Positions 58,616 to 64,000 of a stretch of DNA of 64,000 bases are shown one piece after another (the first letter of the stretch is position 1; each line of letters opens with the position of its first letter). Origin of the DNA: Acidimicrobiia bacterium (GTDB lineage: Bacteria; Acidobacteriota; Vicinamibacteria; Vicinamibacterales; UBA2999); the NCBI GenBank assembly GCA_038144855.1, contig JAYQOO010000005.1, positions 9,248 to 73,247 of the forward strand, read 5' to 3'. A program made the position numbers and the translations under genes. The notes under the pieces were generated by a model that did no database searches, had not been told where the DNA came from, and was given only the letters and a program-made list of their open reading frames with translations.

Positions 58616-58819
58616 ATGAAGATCGTTGGAATCCTACTCGTGGTACTTGGCGTGCTGGGTTTGGCAGCTGGTGGGCTCTCGTGGACCCGAACCAAGACCG
58701 TGATCGACGCGGGGCCGATCGAATTGAAAGCCACGGAGCGCGAAAGCCTGCCCATTCCCCCGATTGCGGGAGGCCTGTTGCTGGTGGCCGGCGTGGTCGT
58801 GTTGATGAAGGGTAAGTGA
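58616..58819 (+). CDS. small two-TM membrane protein (not SecG-like)
   Basis: MKIVGILLVVLGVLGLAAGGLSW...IAGGLLLVAGVVVLMKGK (67 aa). AGGAGGG lies 5 nt upstream of the ATG. The ORF-track version starts 273 nt too early, inside tpiA. Confidence 0.6.
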   Translation: MKIVGILLVVLGVLGLAAGGLSWTRTKTVIDAGPIELKATERESLPIPPIAGGLLLVAGVVVLMKGK

Positions 58820-58859
58820 TCCACTCAAGCTCCACCGGGTTCGGCCGATTCAAGTGGCA

Positions 58860-59560
58860 ATGGCCACTCCACGCGCGTCCCGCCTTGTTCCCGTTCTCGT
58901 TGTCTGCCTCGTGGCGGTCGGCTGGGCCACGCCGCCTACGTCCACCTCAGCAGCGCCATCGAGAAGCTGAGATCCGGCAACGAAGCGTTTGTCGCCGATC
59001 CGGCGGGCGCGATGCCGATTACCGTCAACGGCCGTCGCGCGCTCGCGAAGGGACAGACGCCGTTTGCCTCCGTGCTGTCGTGCGCCGACTCGCGGGTGCC
59101 GCCCGAGGTGGTCTTCCACACCGGACTCGGCGAATTGTTCGTGGTGCGCGCCGCGGGCCATGTCAACGACAGCTCCGTGCTCGCCTCGCTCGAGTACGGC
59201 GCCGAGCACCTGCACATTCCACTCATCGTCGTCATGGGACACGAATCGTGCGGTGCGGTGGCGGCAACGATCGGGACACCGCCGGGCAAGTCGCTCGGCA
59301 AGAACCTAGACTACCTGATCAAGTCCATTCGGCCGGCAGTGCCGTCGGAGAAAACGTCCGACGACGCGGCGTATCTCCGAGCGGCGATCCTCAAGAACGT
59401 CGAGGAGCAGATCAATCACCTGATCGAGGACAGCGACGTCCTCCGCCACATGTTCGAGAGCGGCACGGTTGGATTCGTGGGCGCGTATTACGAACTTTCT
59501 TCCGGCCGCGTGACCTTCTCTGAACCGATCTCGCGCTCGACACAGACGACGCACCAATGA
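58860..59560 (+). pseudogene. beta-class carbonic anhydrase, apparently split by a frameshift between signal peptide and catalytic domain
   Basis: Frame A (58860-58970): MATPRASRLVPVLVVCLVAVGWATPP... then stop. Frame B is open from 58820, but its first canonical start is the ATG at 59012. It encodes ...HLSSAIEKLRSGNEAFVADPAGAMPIT...SCADSRVPPE...VMGHESCGAV. The conserved N-terminal helix lies upstream of the only ATG. Confidence 0.5.
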
Positions 59561-60150
59561 GCGAACGGATGCGCAGCATGCTGGCGGCGGTGATGCTGCT
59601 GAGCGCGGCGGCGTTCGCGGAAGCGCAGCACGACGCCAAACCGGCGGCACAGGCGCATGGAGCGCCGGCAGAGAAGGCGGCTGCCCCGAAGGCAAAGCCT
59701 GCCGACGCCCACACCGCGAAAACGGCGGACTCGCACGCGACGAAGCCGACCGACACCCACGCTCAGAAGCCCGCAGTTAGTGTGCCGGCCGGGCCGGGGA
59801 AGGCAGCCGCGCCCGCGGCCGCGCACGGCGAACCGAATGCGGGGAACGCTGCGACCACTGCCCGGCCCACGCCGCCGGTGCCGCGGCGCTCCGGCTCGAG
59901 CGTCCAGCACGCGGTGGCGAAGGTCATGGAAGCGCTCGATCGAGAATTCGGAAAGCCCGCAGCCGTCTCAACCCGCGGTCGCCGGTCATCGACGGCGACA
60001 CCGAAGGCGAACAAGATTGCGGTGTCGTGGAAGATGCAGTTGGTGTGGCCGGAAGCGGACCCGCCGAGCGACCCGGTGCACGTGCAGTGGCCGGATCCAG
60101 TGCTCCAGTCCGCACCGCTGCGAGTGAGTTACGTCGGCTTCCCGAAATAG
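59557..60150 (+). CDS. secreted Ala/Pro/Lys/His-rich low-complexity protein (hypothetical)
   Basis: Signal-like MSERMRSMLAAVMLLSAAAFAEA, then AKPA/HTAK-type low complexity. ATGA overlap with the carbonic anhydrase stop. Confidence 0.5.
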   Translation: MSERMRSMLAAVMLLSAAAFAEAQHDAKPAAQAHGAPAEKAAAPKAKPADAHTAKTADSHATKPTDTHAQKPAVSVPAGPGKAAAPAAAHGEPNAGNAATTARPTPPVPRRSGSSVQHAVAKVMEALDREFGKPAAVSTRGRRSSTATPKANKIAVSWKMQLVWPEADPPSDPVHVQWPDPVLQSAPLRVSYVGFPK

Positions 60151-60177
60151 AGCACGTAGCCGTCGGCCTTCAAACTT

Positions 60178-60202
60178 TGGTGCGGAAGAAAGAACTCGAC
60201 CC
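60178..60202 (-). repeat. degenerate second copy of the tRNA-Leu-like 3' end (old att remnant?)
   Basis: TGGTGCGGAAGAAAGAACTCGACCC here versus TGGTGCGGAAGAAAGGACTCGAACC at 60294-60318. The surrounding 60178-60257 forms a long imperfect hairpin (GGTGCG...CGCACC) but not a cloverleaf. Confidence 0.45.
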
Positions 60203-60264
60203 GCCTAGGTCGAGGGCGAAGCCCGAAGACCGGCTGGCTGAGTTCTTCTGACGCACCAATAAGA

Positions 60265-60288
60265 AAGGCCCGCCAAATGGCGGGCCTT
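60265..60288 (-). terminator. Rho-independent terminator downstream of the tRNA-Leu-like 3' end
   Basis: AAGGCCCGCC-AAAT-GGCGGGCCTT perfect 10-bp stem. On the minus strand it is followed by TTCTTATT. Confidence 0.6.
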
Positions 60289-60293
60289 GGCAT

Positions 60294-60351
60294 TGGTGCG
60301 GAAGAAAGGACTCGAACCTTCACGCCCTTGTGTGCGCCAGCCCCTCAAGCT
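60294..60351 (-). other. 3' portion (about 58 nt) of a tRNA-Leu(GAG)-like gene; putative att site of the adjacent element
   Basis: Minus strand reads AGCTTGAGGGGCTGG...GAAGGTTCGAGTCCTTTCTTCCGCACCA. This covers half an anticodon stem, the loop TTGAGGG, a long variable arm, the T arm, acceptor 3' strand, A73 and CCA. No matching 5' half follows; upstream is AT-rich non-tRNA sequence. Confidence 0.6.
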
Positions 60352-60466
60352 TCTACGTATGTCTGTAAAAAATTAGAAATAAACGACTTCACTATTCCAT
60401 AAAACCGATCATCACCCGACTACTTCTTGCGGTCGCGGGACGGTCTGGAGTAGCGTCTTCCGCGCG

Positions 60467-61708
60467 ATGACGCTCCGCAAACCCCTCACCTCCACGCTCA
60501 CCTCCAACCGCACCCTGGCATCCATCTGCGACGGTCGGGGGCGTCTGGAACGACTCCCCACCAGCGGCATCATCTCCGCTCGGGCGTGGATACAGGGGAA
60601 GGACATTCGCAAGAGCACGGGAGAACGGACGCTGACCGCAGCAAAGCGGGTGGCGACCGAGTGGTGGCACGACCTGTCCGTCCGTGTGCGACGCGGGGAA
60701 CAGGTGCATTCCCCGACCTTCGCGGACTGTGCGACCAAGTTCCTGGCGAAGCGGGAGCGGGATGCGGAGGCAGGGCTCATCAGTGCGGGGCAATACCGCA
60801 ACCTGCGACAGAAAGCGGCGTTGCTGGCACCCCTGCTCGGTAGCGTGAAGGTCGCAGACATCACCGCAGACACCTTGGAGCGACTGCGTTCAACACGTGA
60901 ACGCGTCAAGAACAAGCGTGGGCAACTCCTCACGAACGAGACGCTGAAGAAGGACTTCGTCTTCATCCATTCCGTGCTGACCTTCGCACGAGACACCCTG
61001 AAGGTGCTCCCGTTTGTCCCCAAGACCCCGTCCTTCACGGGGACGAAAGCACTCGTCCGTCGCGGTCGTCCCTTTTTAACCGAAGCGGAATACAAGACCC
61101 TCCACCAGCTGGCGAAGTCGCAAGCGGAAGAACCCGACCTAAATCCCCGCGTCCGTCGGCAGCGACAGGAACTCTACTGGTTCATTCTCATTTGCGTCGG
61201 CGGGGCACTACGGGTCGGGGAAGCGGAAAGCGTGCGGTGGTGCGACTGCGAACAGGTCACCCTCAAGAACGGGACGGACAAGGGCGAACCTGCGGTGCGA
61301 ATGCTCGTGCTGGGGAAGCACTCGACAGGGGGCAGGCGTGAGGATGCGTATGTGCTGTTCGGGGGCGTCTATGCGTATCGGGAGATGCTGGCAGCGCGAC
61401 CCGAGACCGCGACGGAGACCGACCTGCTCTTCACCGAAAGTTATCGGGAAGGGATGAAGCGGTTGCTCAAGGACGCAGGGCTCTACGAATACCGCGACCC
61501 GAAGACGGGCAAGATGCTGACGCGAGACCGAAAGTCGCTCCGACCGACGGGCATCACGCTCCGCTTGGACAAGGGCGACAACCTGTCCCACCGCGATGTG
61601 GCGAAATGGGCGCGCACCAGCGTCCAAATGGTGGCAGACTTCTACGACCAAGCGCACCCTGAGCAGGTCGCGGAGCGGGTGGCGGGGTTTCGGAACGCAA
61701 AGAACTAG
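60467..61708 (+). CDS. tyrosine-type site-specific recombinase/integrase
   Basis: 413 aa. N-terminal SAM-like/core-binding region. C-terminal ALRVGEAESVRW (Arg), KSLRPTGITLRL (xxR), VAKWARTSVQMVADFYDQ (W...Y nucleophile region). Confidence 0.8.
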   Translation: MTLRKPLTSTLTSNRTLASICDGRGRLERLPTSGIISARAWIQGKDIRKSTGERTLTAAKRVATEWWHDLSVRVRRGEQVHSPTFADCATKFLAKRERDAEAGLISAGQYRNLRQKAALLAPLLGSVKVADITADTLERLRSTRERVKNKRGQLLTNETLKKDFVFIHSVLTFARDTLKVLPFVPKTPSFTGTKALVRRGRPFLTEAEYKTLHQLAKSQAEEPDLNPRVRRQRQELYWFILICVGGALRVGEAESVRWCDCEQVTLKNGTDKGEPAVRMLVLGKHSTGGRREDAYVLFGGVYAYREMLAARPETATETDLLFTESYREGMKRLLKDAGLYEYRDPKTGKMLTRDRKSLRPTGITLRLDKGDNLSHRDVAKWARTSVQMVADFYDQAHPEQVAERVAGFRNAKN

Positions 61709-61715
61709 GCGCTGG

Positions 61716-62036
61716 ATGTCGACAACAGAACTGCGGCTGATGCTGGCGGACGTGGCGACCCTCTCACCTGAGCAGATGAGCGCACGTCGCAAGTCGCTGC
61801 AATTGACGGAGACCGATGTGGCAGACCTGCTCTTACTCTCCGTGGCGCAGGTGCGTGGCATCGAGCGTGGCGTGATACAGCCGTTCTACAACGAGGGGTT
61901 TTATCTCCGCGCCAGAGCCAAATACATCACGTTGCTGACGACGTATCCCACGCCCGCGAGACCGCCAGCATTGGCACCAATGCCAGACGGTGCCGAAGCA
62001 CCGCGACTCACGTTCGGCGATGAACACCACGAATGA
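61716..62036 (+). CDS. XRE/Cro-like helix-turn-helix protein (start revised)
   Basis: MSTTELRLMLADVATLSPEQMSARRKSLQLTETDVADLLLLSVAQVRGIERG. It starts 7 nt after the integrase stop. The ORF-track start at 61596 lies inside the integrase. Confidence 0.6.
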   Translation: MSTTELRLMLADVATLSPEQMSARRKSLQLTETDVADLLLLSVAQVRGIERGVIQPFYNEGFYLRARAKYITLLTTYPTPARPPALAPMPDGAEAPRLTFGDEHHE

Positions 62037-62290
62037 CGACCCAATGCCGCTACTGTCGCTCCGCGTCCTACGGACGTGGGTGCTCCTACTCCCCGCACAA
62101 AGCCCACGAACACGCGGGCACCGCTGACCGCTGCGAGTTCTGCGGGTCCACGTCCTATGGGCGGGGCTGTTCCTATTCCCCGACGAAAGCGCATCGGCAC
62201 GGGCAGGATGGGCGGAAGTGTCGCTGGTGCGGGAGTAGCTCGGTGGGGCGGGGGTGTTCGTATGCTCCGACAGGGACGCACGAACGCTGA
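62033..62290 (+). CDS. Cys/His-rich triple-repeat mini-protein (unrecognised family)
   Basis: Three copies of C-x2-C-x8-C-x7-H-x-H: [46 protein letters not shown] and [27 protein letters not shown] overlap with the HTH gene. Confidence 0.6.
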   Translation: MTTQCRYCRSASYGRGCSYSPHKAHEHAGTADRCEFCGSTSYGRGCSYSPTKAHRHGQDGRKCRWCGSSSVGRGCSYAPTGTHER

Positions 62291-62451
62291 TGGCGCATCG
62301 TGACAACCGTCCAATGAAGGTCTGTGTGGTCTGTGGGCGTCCGTTCCAGTGGCGGAAGAAGTGGAAGACGGTCTGGGCTGAGGTCAAATACTGCTCCGAG
62401 CGGTGTCGGGGGCAACGGAACCGAGCGACTCCGACTACCGAGAAGCGGTAG
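62290..62451 (+). CDS. DUF2256-like zinc-ribbon protein (start revised)
   Basis: [49 protein letters not shown] overlap with the preceding gene. Confidence 0.65.
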   Translation: MAHRDNRPMKVCVVCGRPFQWRKKWKTVWAEVKYCSERCRGQRNRATPTTEKR

Positions 62452-62471
62452 GGCGCGCACTCCGATGGCTG

Positions 62472-62588
62472 CTACTTGGGCACCACCACACACACCGCAA
62501 ACGGTCTCACCGTGGACTGGAGCACCCGCAGCAGGGTGTTCCAGTCCGCGCTCTCTCCAATACAACGTAGAACCGACCCCACCCCCAA
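62472..62588 (-). CDS. possible small ORF carrying the shared C-terminal module (TTG or GTG start)
   Basis: Own translation: (M)GVGSVLRCIGESADWNTLLRVLQSTVRPFAVCVVVPK, then TAG. Same frame as, and uninterrupted from, the TAG stop of 62679-63143. Below the ORF-track size limit. Confidence 0.3.
   Translation of the reverse strand: MGVGSVLRCIGESADWNTLLRVLQSTVRPFAVCVVVPK
62484..62549. repeat. 66-bp perfect direct repeat, copy 1
   Basis: CACCACACACACCGCAAACGGTCTCACCGTGGACTGGAGCACCCGCAGCAGGGTGTTCCAGTCCGC is identical to 63259-63324. It contains a 14-bp hairpin GGACTGGAGCACCC-GCAGCA-GGGTGTTCCAGTCC. Confidence 0.9.
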
Positions 62589-62678
62589 CCAACCCGTCTG
62601 GCGAACCTGTGGCGCGGTCTGGCGGGGTGACTGGCGGGTCGGCGCGGATGGCTGGCGAGGGCTTAACTGAGAGTTCGC

Positions 62679-63143
62679 CTATCGCGCAATCTGACAGCCA
62701 CTGAAATCGACAATCCGTGCGTACTGCGTCGGTGGCACGCCTTGGCTACACCCGCTCGTCGTAACGGTCTTGCGCGTGCCTGCGGGTACTTGTCCACCGC
62801 TACACGTCAGCGTCGTCCATTGGGTGTAGCTGAAACTCTCCTGACCGCACTCAAACCGACTAGCGGAGTTCTCGCCGCTCCGTCCTGCCCACACGAAGCA
62901 CATTCCATCACCGTAATCGACGGGAAACCTACTGGTATTGCCAGGTTCACCTGCGCACGCCGAGTCTTGCCAGAAGCCCACCGTGACGTAGCGCGTGGAG
63001 ACGACGGGATTATTCGGAATAGACGCAGTGTTTGTGACGCTCGGCGCGCTTGGCGTCTGACTCTGCCCGCCACACGCTATGCTGCCCAGCGCGACCGCGA
63101 CTCCTACGCACCAGCGACCCTTCTGCCAAAGACGCAAACTCAT
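62679..63143 (-). CDS. secreted Cys-rich protein, possible lipoprotein (hypothetical)
   Basis: MSLRLWQKGRWCVGVAVALGSIACGGQSQ signal, then seven Cys in total. Flanked by the two 66-bp repeat copies. Confidence 0.6.
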   Translation of the reverse strand: MSLRLWQKGRWCVGVAVALGSIACGGQSQTPSAPSVTNTASIPNNPVVSTRYVTVGFWQDSACAGEPGNTSRFPVDYGDGMCFVWAGRSGENSASRFECGQESFSYTQWTTLTCSGGQVPAGTRKTVTTSGCSQGVPPTQYARIVDFSGCQIAR

Positions 63144-63246
63144 AGAGCATGATGGTAGTGCTGCTGCTCACAGCGTTGGTGTGATGAAAGTGTGAAGCAG
63201 TGGCGTCGTCCTTGGCGTGGTCTGGCGGGGGTCTGGCACGGACTTC

Positions 63247-63444
63247 CTATCGCGGGATCACCACACACACCGCAAACGGTCTCACCGTGGACTGGAGCAC
63301 CCGCAGCAGGGTGTTCCAGTCCGCACTACTCTCCACGGCATAGATCGTTCCCTCCGCGAACAACGGGTTCTTCGTCGCAGCGATGAAGTCGGCTTCGGTC
63401 GTCATCGGCACATTCACCACGCTGTTCCCCTTCGGCACTTTCAT
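63247..63444 (-). CDS. small hypothetical protein ending in the shared C-terminal module
   Basis: MKVPKGNSVVNVPMTTEADFIAATKNPLFAEGTIYAVESSADWNTLLRVLQSTVRPFAVCVVIPR. The ATG overlaps (ATGA) the stop of an upstream open frame. Confidence 0.5.
   Translation of the reverse strand: MKVPKGNSVVNVPMTTEADFIAATKNPLFAEGTIYAVESSADWNTLLRVLQSTVRPFAVCVVIPR
63259..63324. repeat. 66-bp perfect direct repeat, copy 2
   Basis: Identical to 62484-62549 (66/66 by eye). Confidence 0.9.
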
Positions 63445-63925
63445 CGCACACCCCCGTTCTTGGCAAGATCCCGCTGAACCCGTCGTTGCTGGTCTGCCAG
63501 TTCTGCTTGCTTGGCATTCAGCACACTACGCTTCGCCACCAGTTCCTGGCGCTTGGCGGTGGCGACGGCGTGCTTCGCTGTGGTCGTGCTCGGGTCGGTG
63601 GCTTCGGTCTTGTCCCACTTGGTAATCCCGTGCTTACGTAGAAGGTCGTCATCCAGTTGGGTATCCTGTTTCCGCGGAGACGCACCACACTCTTCAAGGA
63701 CTCCCCCGTTGGCGCGGGTCTGGGGAGTCGTGTGGAGGGGGTGGGTGAGACGCTCTGGAACCTGCGAGGTCGTCGTCCTGGCGGGGTCTGGGTCTGGAGG
63801 CGGGTCTGTGCGACCCTCAACACTTGACTACTGGCTTGACTACCCCGAAAACACCAACGGGCGCGGTCGTGTGAGCGCGCCCGTAATCTTCTGACAACGT
63901 CACGAATGCACAGAGAATGGCGAAC

Positions 63926-64000
63926 TCAGAGCTTCGTCATCGACAGCGTTGCCGTGCCCGTCGAATTTGTTGTGATGCTAAACGTGCCACTCGACGCAGA
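63926..64000 (-). CDS. 3' end of a CDS running off the right edge (hypothetical, Ser/Thr-rich C-terminus)
   Basis: Own translation: ...ASSGTFSITTNSTGTATLSMTKL, then TGA at 63926-63928. Confidence 0.4.
   Translation of the reverse strand, partial: SASSGTFSITTNSTGTATLSMTKL

Larger units (their letters stand above)
60352..64000. mobile_element. one end of a tRNA-targeting integrative element (integrase side); the other end lies beyond the window
   Basis: Abrupt composition drop (about 35% GC by eye at 60354-60415) directly after the tRNA fragment. A tyrosine integrase sits 116 nt further on. The cargo consists of small unfamiliar ORFs and internal repeats. Confidence 0.6.

Noticed and set aside
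58616-58819. Expected secG downstream of tpiA.
   Set aside because: The 67-aa two-TM protein lacks the SecG hallmark (LLQxGKG...FGG Gly-rich loop). It is called only a small membrane protein.
60178-60257. Tested whether this 80-nt segment, which ends in ...CTTCCGCACCA, is a complete tRNA.
   Set aside because: There is no D arm or anticodon arm. The 5' end (GGTGCGTCAG...) does not pair as a 7-bp acceptor with the 3' end in tRNA geometry. It folds as a long imperfect hairpin and only its last roughly 25 nt resemble the tRNA 3' end.
63228-63246. Possible sigma-54 promoter (TGGCAC-N5-...).
   Set aside because: The -12 element is TCCT instead of TTGC(A/T). The match is explained by the CTGGCG/CTGGCA motif cluster.
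62484-63324. Considered the 66-bp hairpin-containing repeats as integron attC sites bracketing a gene cassette.
   Set aside because: The integrase is 413 aa and co-oriented with its neighbours rather than divergent from an attI/cassette array. The repeat lacks recognisable R''/R' core sites (no GTTRRRY). The two copies are identical rather than cassette-specific.
62484-63324. Considered a diversity-generating retroelement (TR/VR pair).
   Set aside because: The copies are 100% identical, with no adenine-specific differences. No reverse transcriptase is visible in the window.

Overview
High-GC (roughly two-thirds G+C by eye) chromosomal segment from an LPS-making diderm bacterium. The gene content is reminiscent of Acidobacteriota, but I cannot verify that from sequence alone.

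Layout:
- 1-38 kb: a large, almost entirely minus-strand surface-glycan locus. It holds about 7 GT4/GT-B glycosyltransferases, 5 large polytopic GT-C-like membrane proteins, a Wzm/Wzt ABC exporter, a carbamoyltransferase-DUF5989-SxtJ trio, several SDR epimerase/dehydratases, a methyltransferase, an SGNH hydrolase, an FAD oxidoreductase and a wHTH EPS-type regulator. It also holds an unusual nucleotide-sugar module (fused transketolase + aldehyde dehydrogenase + NeuC-like + NeuA-like + SDR) with no NeuB-type synthase.
- 38-44.5 kb: smpB-pdxA-holB, a two-component system, an exported kinase-fold lipoprotein and a secreted propeller-like protein. All are chained by 1- or 4-nt overlaps.
- 44.6-47.3 kb: a signal-peptide-bearing inorganic pyrophosphatase, tRNA-Val, tRNA-Asp and another ArnT/PMT-like protein.
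- 47.3-55.3 kb: a lipid A / inner-core operon (waaA-lpxK-lpxL-like-waaF-gmhB-hldA-hldC-waaC plus an ICMT-family methyltransferase).
- 55.4-60.2 kb: gap-pgk-tpiA, a small membrane protein, an apparently frameshifted beta-carbonic anhydrase and a low-complexity secreted protein.
- 60.2-64 kb: a tRNA-Leu-like 3' fragment with its terminator, followed by an AT-rich arm and a tyrosine integrase. This marks one end of an integrative element that runs off the window.

The element carries an HTH protein, a triple-repeat Cys/His mini-protein, a DUF2256 zinc-ribbon protein, and a perfect 66-bp direct repeat that encodes a shared C-terminal peptide module.

A recurring oddity across the window is a set of 7-9 bp tandem repeats placed exactly at gene junctions and, in-frame, inside waaC, lpxK and the lpxL-like tail.

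Many ORF-track entries are long antisense ORFs or carry spurious N-terminal extensions. I re-set starts using homology-style N-termini and the pervasive ATGA/GTGA overlaps. All family assignments come from reading the translations and from memory of the motifs. No searches were run.
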